Shown piece after piece: positions 11,201 to 23,669 of a stretch of DNA of 64,000 bases (its first letter is position 1; each line of letters begins with the position of its first letter). The notes beneath the pieces are model-generated. The model did no database searches. It was not told the DNA's origin and saw only the letters and a program-made list of their open reading frames with translations. The position numbers were made by a program, and so were the translations under genes. Location: assembly GCA_030390025.1 (NCBI GenBank), contig CM059427.1, positions 48,422,001 through 48,486,000 on the forward strand. The letters run 5' to 3'. The DNA is from Squalus acanthias (Eukaryota).

Positions 11201-12144
11201 GCGTTTTCTGTTATGTCCAAGTATAACTTTGATCTTCAAAAGTGAAGGCAAATTTGTACTGATCCTCTGACTTAACAGGGATACTCCAGAAGCCGTTTGA
11301 AATGTCAAAGGTGGAGAAGTAGCAGCTACCTGGTGGAATCTGGGACAGGAGAGTGGGGGTCTCCCGAACAACAGGGGCGCAAGCTGGGGTTACCGAATTA
11401 AGCTTGCGATAATCAATTGTTAGACGCCAGCTATCGTCTAGTTTCTTAACTGGCCAGGTTGGAGAATTAGTGGTAAAAGTGCCAGTGCGGATAACACCCT
11501 GCTTTAACAATGAATCGATAGTAGACCGAACATAAGGTTTACTCTCAGCTGGAATGGAATACTGCTTAACAGGAGGGTGGGAGGGTCCATTAATCTCCTC
11601 ATCTCCCGACATCCTACCACAATCATGTTTGGACTTAGCAAAAACCTCTGAAAATTAATGTATTAACCATGGGGGTCTTCAATCCCGGGAAGGGCGAAAT
11701 CCTCGATTTTTTAATTGCATATACCGAATGGGCATCTGAAATAGGTGTCGATGGTCCATCATTAAAGTGCCACCAAAGACAATCATTAGCGTAGTCGAGG
11801 ACAGCACAGTGTTTATGAAGCGTGTCACTTCCGAGGATACCTTTCTGGTCATGGGTGGCCATATATATAGGAGAGGGGTTATCGACGGAATTCCCATCGA
11901 TGGACAAGACTGTGGAGCTCAATCCCTGATTAACTATCTGAGTAGAAGCATTAAAGCCAGAGAGGTTTAGGGCGGTGCCAGAATGGGAAAAGGGAGCAGG
12001 GTCATGTAAAATAGTCACGGCAGAACCAGAATCCACAAGCATAACATGGCGGCGGCCTCCATGATCAGTGGCCCGGACAAAGGGTCGTCCGTCCTCCCCG
12101 TACCAGACAGGAGAAGACGTGGTCACCGTGGAGGCCTCTGACCG
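8263..12144 (-). pseudogene. pol: Proviral pol: protease, RT, RNase H-like tether, RNase H, integrase (frameshifted)
   Basis: LVDSGS...ILGSD (PR); DISNGFW, LPQGF, YVDD (RT); PIAFASR (tether); VYIDGSS...SAQYAE...WSD (RH); H-H-CxxC, QIDF, DSD, VERGN, GPF (IN). Confidence 0.93.
11013..11212. mobile_element. Palindromic Penelope-derived insertion in RT
   Basis: About 78-bp inverted arms (11052-11129 and 11135-11212); 15-bp TSD atgtccaagtataac. Confidence 0.85.
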
Positions 12145-13826
12145 TCACTGGGGCCGTGAGTCTGGGAGCGCATCTCCACTGCGAGAAACAGCCAAAACGT
12201 TTTGCCCCCCCACCTGACTGTGCTTCATGGCCTCAACTACCGCCGAAAGGTGTTCAAGCTGCTGCTGCACAGCGTTCAAATCAGACCCGTTACCTTCACG
12301 GATTGGGGGTTGGTAGCATAGGCCATTATTTGGACGTTGACTATCGCTTATAACAGATTACGTGGTGTTTGTCTCCCGACTGGGGAGGGGTTTGTGGAGT
12401 CAGAGGACCCTCCACCGCCGACACTTTGGACTCAGTAGGGGTGAGGGACGATTTAACTTGGTCCCAAGCTCGAATGCAAGCATCCTTCAGATCAGCCCAC
12501 GGGGTTCCCTGATGAACAGTAATACCAAGAGTGTCCCTTACGGGGGGTAAGAGAGCATCAATGAATGTCAGCTTAAATCCCTCCGTGTCGCAAAACTCTT
12601 GACCATTACAGTTTTTCTGGGACTGGTTGTACAAATCATACAATCGATTTGCAAAGGCCAGAGGATGCTCGTCAGCCTTTTGTCGGGTGTCCCCAGCCGC
12701 ACGGGTGAAATTAACTGCGTCCATGCCCAAACGGGAACAAACTGAATCCATGACGTCCCACCACCCCTTACTTTTATCAGAGATTTCCCGTGAAAGTGAT
12801 AACTTGAGTTCCCGTGAAATGCATGACAACAGAACTTGTTTTAAGTCTGTCAACTCTAACTCAGGGTGACAGTGACGGAACGTACCCCAATCACTTGTTA
12901 GGGCGACTGGGTTCGTCCCCCAGTTTATTGGCCCCAATTCTTTGGCTATTGCTTTGCACACTGCCGGGGTCAAACTTCTACTGGTAGTAGTAGTTACTTC
13001 CACATTTGGGGGCAGGTTGTAGGCTACAGAGGAGGTATCATTATCGAATTCATCATCCGAGGGTGTAGGGTCACCAAATTGGGTGATAGTAGTGACTATA
13101 TTAACCTGCTTGGTTTCTACCGGGGCAGTTTGTCCTGGATAGGCAGGCGGAGGCGCAGACGGTGAGGGACTATTTTGGCAGATGGGGCTATTATTGCACT
13201 GGGCTTTTCTTGTTCAATCATCCCAGTTAATACCGGGATCCCCTGGTTTAAGGCGACTAATGGCCGCAACAGCAGCCATTTGTCTCCCCAGCTTTCCCTT
13301 CAATTCCATAATTTTTAATTCGCAGTGAGTATGGTCGGTGCTCACCAGAGGGGGTTTCTCAAGTAATTCTCTCAAGGCTCCCCTGGCGTCCTCAAGTTGC
13401 GAGATCAGGGATTAATTTTTTATTTTTAAAGCCTTGTTATCCTCAAACACCTGATGGTGGCGTCTTGAGGCAAGTCATGCCTCATCTGCCAAGGCTTGTT
13501 CTTGATGGAGAAGTGTACAGACTGTGGCATGTCGGCCTTGCCAGTCCTGTAAGTCTCTTTCAAGTTGTGCATTTCTCTCTTTCAGGAGTACAACTTCACC
13601 TCCCAAGCGAACAGCACACAAGTGGGCTGCGTAAGCCAGCCTATTTCTGGCTTCCTTAACTTTGCATTTCTTCGCACCCACCTGCTATCTCTCCCCAAGT
13701 CTCAGAGTAACTCTTCTCACTCTTCTCATCACCCTGCACTATTCCGATTACTGCTTGGGCCCCCGGAGCCCCTAACTTATCCGAAAGACTGTTCGCAACC
13801 TTTTCTCTCAAATACTCATCTGCCAT
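12145..13826 (-). pseudogene. gag: Proviral gag (frameshifted)
   Basis: ATG at 13826 about 100 nt after the PBS; coiled-coil-like N-half; PSAPPPAY; capsid-like ORF 12341-13003 with MHR-like RQKADEHPLAFANRL; TGA at 12145-12147. Confidence 0.82.
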
Positions 13827-13919
13827 TTTGTTTTTACTTTACAACCCGATAAGAACACCTAGTACCATTATAGACCGAACCCATCCTCAACTCGTTTTGG
13901 CCACAACAACCTTGTTGCA

Positions 13920-13938
13920 CTCCTGGCTCGACTCGCCA
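13920..13938 (-). promoter_or_regulatory. Primer-binding site, tRNA-Arg-like
   Basis: TGGCGAGTCGAGCCAGGAG versus TGGCGAGCCAGCCAGGAG expected for tRNA-Arg(ACG); starts 3 nt after the 5' LTR. Confidence 0.75.
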
Positions 13939-13941
13939 ATT

Positions 13942-15042
13942 TGTAGAGATTCACGTATCTCTGGTAAATAGGATCGAGTGCAAACCAATATGGTGGGTGT
14001 ATTGTGTTTAATCGGAGTTTAGGACGGAATATAACACACTAGTAATACAGCAAAAACATACGACTGGGACAAGCAGCTGGTACCGGTCCCGATCGGACAG
14101 ACGGCTGGCATGCGTGAACAGTTCTCTGGCTTCTGGCCTCTCTCTCTCTTTCACTCTGGAACCTCTGATGGTGAGCATGGGATCACTCTCAAAAGAGTGT
14201 TCGACCAGCCCAACTTCTCTTTGCAACTTCTGTTCGGCTCTCCCCTCCACCGTCTGTGGGCAAGCCCTTGGGGTGTCACTTTTATTCTCTTTTTAGGGGT
14301 GGGCCTGAGGCCAAGTTATTGACAAGATCATTTAACCTATAGAGGTTCCTCTAAAACTTCATCAACCAATGACAGCTCAAGTTCTTTGTCCTGGTTCTTG
14401 GATGAAAGCCCTCCCCAAAAGAGGGTCTCATTACTTCATCCAATTTATCTTTCTTGTTTTTACATTTTGAAGGTTCCTCCATTGGAATCCATCTTATTTC
14501 TCTTGACTCTATCCTCCTTAACCCAGCAAGTACAAGGCCCGGCCCTGTCCTGTCCCTCTTAATCATGGCCCCAGCCAGAGCTGTCGCACATTAGCCAGTC
14601 ACTTTCTCACCTTCATCTAGCAAATGGCCCATCCTAAGATGGATACCTTAGCCTCCTCAAATTCCTTTCATTCTATGTCTTTTCCTAATTAACTTTTAAT
14701 TATCTTCACAAGCAGTTCTGCTAAACAAACTCCAAATTCTATCTGTGGCGATTATAATGTGGTTATTAGTAATAATGAAAGAAACATAGGTTGGGCCTTC
14801 ACTGGCCAAATTAAAGATACATTAACAAAGTCAAAAACCTAACTTACAAACAACAGATAACTAGCCTGGCAGGGCCATCCTATGGGCCCCTGTGTGGAAT
14901 GTTTATGTTTCACCTAATCTAACTGATTAAAAAGACTGTCTCAAATTCTAATGCAAGCTTTCCAGGAAAACGAAACTTATCATTTAAACACAGTATTATT
15001 CGTGTAGCCATATACATTTTTAGGCACCCCTAGTTTCTAACA
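13942..15042 (-). repeat. Proviral 5' LTR (1101 bp)
   Basis: Minus strand TGTTAG...TCTACA; AATAAA at 14281-14286 (minus); direct repeat of the 3' LTR. Confidence 0.95.
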
Positions 15043-16724
15043 GTACATGGACACCTAAATCCCTTTGCTCCTCCATATTACCCTTTGCTCCTCCATCTCT
15101 CACCATTAAGAAAATACTCTGATTTAACTTTCTCAGATCCAAAGAGGATGATCTCACAATTCTCACCCCCCACCCATTGAACTCCATCTGCCATATATTT
15201 TCCCACTCACTTAGTCTGTCTTATGGCCCTTTGTAACCTCCTGCTCACACCTACACAACTTACCATGCCTCCTAACTTAGTGTCATCTGAAAACCTGGGT
15301 ATACAACTCTCTTCATTCATCGAAGTCATTAATATATATTCTAAAAAGCTGAGGCCCCTGTACAGACCCCTGGGGAGCACCACTTGACACATCCTGCCAA
15401 TCAGAGAACATTCTCTGTCTCCTACCTCCCAACCAATTACCAACCCATGTCACAAGGCTACCTCCAATTCCGTTCACTCATTTTTACTAATAATCACTTG
15501 TGCATAACCATATCAAATTCCTTCCAGCAGTCCTCCTCCCCTGCTCAGGCCTTGGGTTGAAATTGCAGATTGGGTCCTGATGACATCATCAGAATCAATC
15601 TGCATATTTAAAGTAGAACCCCACTTCCTGCCGTTGTCCTGCTGTCCTGCTCAAAAGAGCAGGTTAATATGTGGACACAGTGGGAAGGAAGCGGGATTGG
15701 AGGGGGTGGGTGACTCGCGTTATTTTAACTGTTTCTGCCAGGTGGGGACAGTTAAAATTGGGCCATTGTTTTAGAAAACTGTCCTGAATACATTCTAGAA
15801 ATTCATTACTTGAGCTGTTCTGCTTCTCTCAGTCTATGTGAAAATTAAAATCTTCCATTATAACCATATTGCTTTTGCTACATGCGCCTCTGATCTCCGT
15901 ATTTATACATTTCCCCCTCCCCCACTACAACACTACTATCGGGAGGTCTGTAGACAACTCCATCAATGTAAAAACTAAAATATCTTTTACCTCTAAGAGG
16001 ATTCAGTCTCTACTCAACTTCTATGCTGTGCAGAGTATTTTGTTTTCTTCTACTGTCAGCGGGTTTGAGGTAGTTACCAGCCCTAGCTGCTTAACTTTAT
16101 CACAATGAAATATATTCATATAGGACACACGGAATGAGTAAAGACCATTTCTTACATCAAGCTGCTCCTTCCACACACACTCTGCAATCTACCCATCATG
16201 GATCCTAGCTAATTCATTAAATCACCCAAGGAAAGGATCTGCAAACACCTGATCCTCCCTCCACCATTACAGAATATGGGTCTAACCTTGCATCCTAATC
16301 TTGTTGTCTTCCTTGGCATGGCATTTCCATCATCCTAACAGTTCAGCAACCATCATGCTCCACACATTTGATCACCTCTACCTGCACTGAACTTTTTAGC
16401 CCTCAAGTACGAGTCTGTGCTGCAAAACCATAATTTTACACAAATCAGACCATGTAGGTATGTAGATTGGCAATGTCACCCTGTAGTAGTACATCAAGCT
16501 ATTCTGAAGTTGGTGTGAAGACACGTGCAGAGACACAATTACACCCAAATCTTTGTTGTATGTGTGATTGATGCTGGTAACTAAAATGAAATATGACAGC
16601 AAAGATGCATATATTTCTTGGGCAACAACACTTGCTAAAGTTACCATAGTTTCTAGTGTAATCACACTAACTTAATAATATGCTGAATTCCTTGGCGATA
16701 AAAGGAAACACTTCAAATTTGAAT

Positions 16725-16940
16725 TAAAAACAGAAAATGTTGGAAATGCACTGCAGATCGATAAGTACCTGAAAATAAGAAAGGAGTTTGACTTTTGACC
16801 TTTACTTTTTCTCCCCTCCCTTTTTTCACTCATAAGAACTCACTTACCTCCCTTTATCAGTTCTGAAAAAAAACTTTAACCTATCTTTTCAGATACGGAT
16901 GGACCTGTTGTGTATTCCCAACATTTCTTATTCTTATTTG
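16725..16940. mobile_element. Degenerate Penelope-derived inverted-repeat remnant
   Basis: aaaacagaaaatgttggaaat ... attcccaacatttctt resembles the family at 11013. Confidence 0.45.
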
Positions 16941-18088
16941 ACCACTATTACGCCTTAATAATTGACATTATAACCACTAACAATTTGTCACATACCGTAT
17001 TTAATTTTTTTAATCATCACTTTAACAGCAATTGTGAAACAGTGCTTTTACTATCCCACAGAACTGCTTTTTGAAATCCTATTTGAAGGAAATTGCAGTT
17101 GTAAGTTCCTGCCCACCTGGTATTTAAACTCTTTCTAATGTTACAGTGACAAATGTAATTGTCTGCTCACGAGAAGGACCAAATGGGTCCAGCTGGGATG
17201 TGGGATCAATTCCTCAATTATATTTTAAATGTACCCTGAGGAGAGATGATGGTACAATTAACAATAAGAATCTATAAAGAAATGCTGTTCTTACTAAAAA
17301 CAAAAAACACTTCTTTATGGTAAAAATGAGTTCAGTGCCAAAAATGAGTTCAGTGCCAAAAATGACTTCTAACAGTGCCACCTAGTGTTATTCAATTATT
17401 GCTACCTGAACAAATTAGTTGGTCATAAAAGTTGTAAAGACATAAATCGTCCAAAGATTAAATACACATTGAAAATGACAAAATTAATCCATAAATGATG
17501 TGAGACTGGTAAAGGATACAAACCAATTCGTAAGATGTGATTTATTTGAAAATTTGTTTCAGAAATAAAATATTGTTGACTCAATTTCAGTATTTTCTAT
17601 CTATATTCATTCCTGTTGCCTGAATAATTTTAGCTGTTAACTATTAATTGAATATTTTTTGTCTAGATACATCTTTTTAGATACCTATAAAAAGAAGTGA
17701 GCATTATAAAACAGCTCAACCACCTGCTAACACCCTCTGCAACTCTAACCACCTAATCCCACTTACCCCCATCCTTCCTGGCTCCCACCTGCTTAACCGG
17801 CCCAGCATGCCTACACTTTCCATGTCCTTGACCCACAAACACCACAATCAGAGATTCACTGGTAATTGTGTGTTAACCTGTAATTATAATTCACATATTG
17901 GCCTTTATAAAAATTGAGTGTTATTCCTACTCTTTTAAATAAGATTCAGACATGTTTAGACTTCTTAATCTAATAACTGATTGATTGTGTTAAAATACAT
18001 TCCCAAGAAATCTATAAACACACACTTCTATCATTTTACATTTCCAAACTAATTTGCTGGTTGGTTGAATATTTTTTTTCTTGTACAG

Positions 18089-18176
18089 GTCTCTTCACCC
18101 TACTTCTAGCTGCAATGTTTCCTAGCAACAGTGGAGACAGATTCACATTATCCAAATTGTTAGCTGTAATTTTAAG
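18089..18176 (+). CDS. SLC35F5: SLC35F5 coding exon
   Basis: tacAG acceptor; (G)[29 protein letters not shown]; GTATGT donor. Confidence 0.95.
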
Positions 18177-18366
18177 GTATGTACTGATGTATCAGTAAAA
18201 TTTGAACCATATAAGTTTTGTTCAGTTACATGATTTGATTGTAGTTAGTGCCTTTTACTCAATGAAAGTGTTTCCAGTATTTTTCCTACAATACGGCTTT
18301 ATTCTCATCTTTATAGGAGTAACCCCGTAACACACAATGAACATACTTTTGTTTTTGTTGTTTTAG

Positions 18367-18428
18367 CATTGGTGGTGTTGCCCTTGTAAGTCTGTCGAGT
18401 AATGATACAGAGGGAAAAGGCACAATAG
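18367..18428 (+). CDS. SLC35F5: SLC35F5 coding exon
   Basis: ttttAG acceptor; (S)IGGVALVSLSSNDTEGKGTI-G; GTAAGG donor; phases match the neighbouring exons. Confidence 0.9.
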
Positions 18429-18650
18429 GTAAGGAATTTTGCTCCCTCCTTTTGTAGATAACACTGCTTTGAAAATAACCATTTTATGGTATTGTTTACC
18501 CTTTGTACACCAATTTGTGCAGTGTTCAAAATGCATTTTTTTTATTCATGTGCATAACCATTACAAAATACAGTGGCAGTTTTAATTAGTTAATCCAGTA
18601 TCTCTAATTCCAGCACTATACATTAACAGACTTGTAAAATAGGTTACAGC

Positions 18651-18790
18651 CAATGTTCCCCCTAAGGTGCGTGACTGTGCACCAATCGGGAGGTCCAATG
18701 CAGGCCGCTTACCAGCCACTGCCGCGGGAAAAGATACCACGCTGCAAATTTAAAGGGACCGCGCACCAAAAAAAGTTAGAGGGAACATTG
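18651..18790. mobile_element. hAT-type MITE (CAATGTTCCC TIR family)
   Basis: TIRs caatgttccc / gggaacattg; 8-bp TSD gttacagc / gttatagc. Confidence 0.8.
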
Positions 18791-19413
18791 GTTATAGCAG
18801 TATGAAGGAAGAGTTTTCACTCCAAACTCTAGTGATAGGCATTCCAGTTATAATGTTAATTATATTTTTTAAATCTATAATCAACATTTTCTAAATCCAC
18901 AAGATGCAGTTAAGTCTTCTTACTTCAAGACACTGACACATGTGTATGGATTATTTAGCCCCACTCTTAACTCCTGAAATGTTCAGTTTCAGTAGTAGTG
19001 CTTATTTTTGTGAAGTAGATATTATTTAATACATTGCTGGGACTAACAGCTTTAAATTGAAGAACTAAAAAAGCATGACCGAAGGAGTGGTTTCATCATG
19101 GTAGTGCCTTGTACGGTGCATTATAAAAGTTGATGCTCAGCAAGCATCGCATCTGTTACAGTACAAACTTCACTTGGTAACCAACAAGGCAGAGAGGTTT
19201 TCAGAACAGACTGTTGCCAATTGTTAGGTGTTATGTTTTTTATGCTAGATATTTTCTCAGGTTCATCATGACTGGCCACTCCCGCAAGTGGAACTCTTAT
19301 CACTTACAATCCACAGCATACCTTTTCTGTCCAATATCTAGGTAAATAATAGTGAGACTCGGGAACTGTAACGGAGAACTCTTGAACTTTTTACTAGCTA
19401 CTTGGAACACATC

Positions 19414-20102
19414 GGGCTTGAATTTGCGGTCGGAGGCTTCCCGCAAACGGATGCCTCCGAACCGCAATAAAACGACGACCCTACCGCTGATGGTCCTAAA
19501 TCCACGGAGACTCATGTTCCTGGGCCTGCAGGCCCACGTATCCCAGGGACGCATGCAGTCCCCGGGATCACGTGGGCCAGCCCAACCAATCAAAAAGGGA
19601 ATTCCCATTATGCTTATGGGGATTCCATTTACGTACGGAATCCCCACAAGCATAATAGGAATCACCCAAAAATACATTTTAACAACACTGAAATAAAAAA
19701 TAAATCATCACCTGTTTAAAATTAATTAAAATACAATTTAATTAAAAATTCAAAACAAAAATGTAATTTTTTGAAAAATAAATTTAAACATTTTTCAAGG
19801 CCAAAAATAACACACTTATTTTACAGGTTTTTGAATATTAAAATGATTTTTAAAATGTTATTTTAATATTTATTTAAACCCTTACGCTGGTAAAAGAAGG
19901 CCTTACGCCTGCTTTTACCAGGCGTAAGAATTTCATGGGCATTCGCTCCCCGCCAGCGAATGTCCATTTCCCGGGGATGGGGAGGATCTGTCAAAAAGAT
20001 TCTTGACAGATCGCAAGTTCCGGGTTTTCGCACATGCACAGCCCATGCGTAAACCCGGAACTTGCAAGGCACTTACGGCCGCGTACACGGAAAATGCGGG
20101 CC
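19414..20102. mobile_element. Harbinger-like MITE (GC-rich ends, AT-rich core)
   Basis: Homologous to 23670-24695; GGGC...GCC termini. Confidence 0.6.
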
Positions 20103-20519
20103 AATATGTTCTGCCACATGGTACTCCATTCCTCAAAAAATGGATTGAATACACACCGACTAGACTGACATTCAGACTGTGAACTAAAAAGTGGTTTTAT
20201 TTACATCAGACAGTTAGATAAACAGTAAAATACAAGTTACTCTATTCTCAGTACGTAAAATAGTAGAGGATAATCACTTTCTGTCTCAACATAGAGTAGA
20301 AGTTTACTTGCCATGGCTTAAATCTGGCCTAGCTGCATTTCTGGCCCAAGACAGAGCTCTTGGGCTGCTTGCTCCAAGACTGAAACACTGACTGTAGATT
20401 GATTATTTAACTACACATGAAGTCCAACATAAAGGCATGATAAGAGACACCTGCCCACTGAGCTGTCCATCAAAAAGGACTAAACCCAATCCATGACCCC
20501 ATTAACTCCTCAAAGGTCT

Positions 20520-21850
20520 CAGATACAGGAATAGGCCATTCAACTGTTCGAGCCTATTCCACTATTCATTGAGATCATGGCTGATCTGTATCCGAGCTCC
20601 ATATCCCCTAGTATCATTGGCTAGCAAAAATCTATTGATCTCAGATTTAAAATTATTAATTGAGCTAGCATCTACTGCTTTTTGTGGGAGAGCGTTCCAC
20701 ACTTACCAGCCTTTGCATGAAGCAGTGTTTCCTAACTTCTCTCCTGAATGGCCTGGCTCTGATTTTAAGGTTCTGTCCCCTTTTCCTAGGCTCCCCCACC
20801 AGCGGAAATAGTTCCTATCTACCCTATTAATTCCTTTCAAAAACCCAAAAACCTCAATCAAGTCACCCCTTAACCTAGTTGAAGTAATCGCTCCTCGTAA
20901 TTTAACTCTTGGAGCCCTGGTAACATTCTGGTGAATCTGTGCTGCTCTCTTTCCAAGGCCAATATATCCTGTACAAGGTACGGTGCCTAGAACTGTGCAC
21001 AGCACTCCTGATATGATCTAACCAGGGCTTTGTATAGCTGTAGCAAAGCCTCCTCCCCTTTATATTCTAGCCCTATAGTTATATTCCATTAGCCTTTTTG
21101 ATTATTTTTTGTATCTAATTACTACATTTTAGTGATCTATGTACATGGGCCCCTCTCTCCTTGGACCTCCACCGTTCCTAGCTTTTCACCATTTAAAAAA
21201 TACTCTGATCTATCCTTTTTTGGTCCACAATGGATGACCTCACACTCACCTGTGTTGAAATCCATCTGCCACAGCTTCACCCACTCACTTAATCGATCAA
21301 TGTCTCTTTGTAATTTTATGCTCCCGTCTACACTACTTACTATGCCACCAATCTTTGTGTCATCAGCAAACTTGGATATATGGCTCTCTATTTTGTTATC
21401 TAAGTCATTAATAAATATAGTGAATAGTTGAGGCCCCATCACTGATCCTTGTGGGACACCACGAGTCACTTCCTTCCAATTCGAGTACATATTCATCATC
21501 CCTACTCTCTTGTCTTCTACCGCTTAACCAGGTCAATAATTTGCCTTTAATTCCATGAGCTTTAATTTTAGCTAACAGTTTCTTAGGTAGAACCTTACCG
21601 AATTCCTTCTGGAAGTCTATATAAACTACATCCATAGACATTCCCCTGTCTTCTACTTGAGTTACTTCTTCAAAAAATTCAATTAGAGTCATAATTAGGT
21701 TCATTAGATATGACCTACCCTTTACAAATTCATGTTGGCTCTCCCTAATTAGCTCAAATTTCTCAATGCTCAGTCACTCTGTCCTTAATCACAGATTCCC
21801 CACAACATATGATAGACTAACAGGTCTATAATTTCTCTCTCTCACCGTTC
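20520..21850 (-). mobile_element. CR1 LINE fragment
   Basis: GVPQGSVMGP and KFADDTKIGG in minus-strand ORFs; CR1 tail near 20520. Confidence 0.85.
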
Positions 21851-23669
21851 TTAATAGCTGTCAGTCAGATCCAATACCCCAGGCTGGTCCTAATTCTTTG
21901 ATCTGTGTCAAGGTGGCTTGAGAACATCACTGCAGACATGCTTACCCATAGAATTATGATCCAAACCCCTTTGAAATTATACTGCAAAAAAAGGTGACTG
22001 CCTCTAAAATAATTACCAAAGATGAACATTCATCTATCAATATTGTTTGAATAGCCAGTCTTTGATAATTGCCAGGATGTTTATGACTGATGTAAAGTCA
22101 GCCTGTATGGTCTGAGCTGATAGCTTTTCTGATGAGAAGTACTTTGTATAACCTTGAATGTTTTTAGCAATACAAAATGCAAATTAAAAATTCAACACAG
22201 CCAAAACGTACATTTTAACACAACAGGAATTGTTAGTCCTTGAAAGACATTACTGAAGTAATTGTGAACCAGAGCTTCCTGATGACTCAGCCTCTAAATT
22301 CGTCACAGTGCGGTACTAAGCCACACAGACCATGAAGGTTCCAGGCCCAATTTCTGGTCTCTGGTGAGTCAGCCTTAGCATCCCTGGCTAAAGAAGGAAA
22401 AGTTAGCAGTGCTGCCTACTGTTGAAGTAAGTGATTACTATCCAACAACCCATGTTAAAAGTACACATGTACAGATGCCAAATGAGAATTGGCTATGATG
22501 CAGTTTCCACATAAGCTTCCTCACCCATGCTACCTGTAGTCAAATAGCATCTGGCACTCTGTATCTAACCTCACTGTCCAAGAATGGTTACTTGGGTGAG
22601 GTAGTGGCAGGCTGCAGCTATGTGTGGTTTTATACACCAGCATAAATATTGCCATCAGAACAAGACACAAACATTTATTATGAAAAGATCTTGCCCTTTG
22701 GCCTTGTCTTAAATTTAAAAAAAATTGATTTAATTCTGCAAAGCAAAATATAACTGAATATGAGCATCAATTGCACAAGCACTTGCAGGTGTTTTGCTTC
22801 TGGCATGCCACCTAAACACACATGTACAAGGAAGATAAGATCTGATAACAGTTCTTTGTCTGATAGAAGTAATATTAAAAATGGACCTTGATTTGTTGGC
22901 GTTGGTAGCATAATATAAGCAAGAACGTGTACAACTGGGATCAGCAATTCTTTTCAAGTCACTTCCCTTGAAACCTTTTTATTTTAAACGAGTTGAAGTC
23001 TTTGCTAAAATAGCTGACAGGCATGTCATGTGATTGGATTAAGTGTTAATACAGTATCACCGACAGCAATTTCTAGGTTTATATTTTGTGTTTGCTTATC
23101 AATGAAAGAATAATTCCATCTTGTACTTTGTCTGGGAATTCTGTGTTAAACAGCAGTGCAGATTTTCAGTTTTCAGATCAAGTTCTGTTTTACATTTGTT
23201 GCCTATATTATTCATGCTGGCTTTGCTATTTGTGAGTATGTAAAATAACATGCACGTGGAGCAACTTTGGACCACATGAAATAAAAGACATTGAAGTACT
23301 ACAACTAAATTATTTTGACGATTTCACTATCCAAATTTGTGTCTGTTGCAGTAATTATTAACAGTTTTTATATGTCTTTTTTTTTAAATACTGTGACAGG
23401 AACTTTGTGTTGTGGTTGTTGCACAGAACAACCTTGGCTGAGGTTTTAATACGGCTAGTGACGGTCATAATTTTCAGACACAGCACAAAAATTGTGCCAT
23501 GAATTTAGGTTGATAATTGAGCACTTAATTAAAATGTTAAAATGAGGTACAGGCTCACAAAGTGCATTTTCTAGCAGCGAGATCCTTCACACCACCACAG
23601 AACTAGCAAGCAAGGGCACAGAAATTGAGCAGAAATCCATATCGCCAGATTCCAGCTCAAATCACATCA

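Larger units (their letters stand above)
2845..15042 (-). mobile_element. Full-length endogenous retrovirus (deep-branching, lokiretrovirus-like), defective
   Basis: Paired LTRs with TG...CA ends; 4-bp TSD GTAC (2841-2844 and 15043-15046); PBS, gag, pro-RT-RH-IN, env and PPT in order. Confidence 0.93.

Noticed and set aside
17322-17380. Short direct repeats aaaaatgagttcagtgcc
   Set aside because: A local 18-bp tandem duplication with no spacers; not CRISPR-like
22300-22660. Possible ancient SINE (similar sequence at ~57030-57270)
   Set aside because: The two regions resemble each other but are too degraded to assign a family or boundaries by eye
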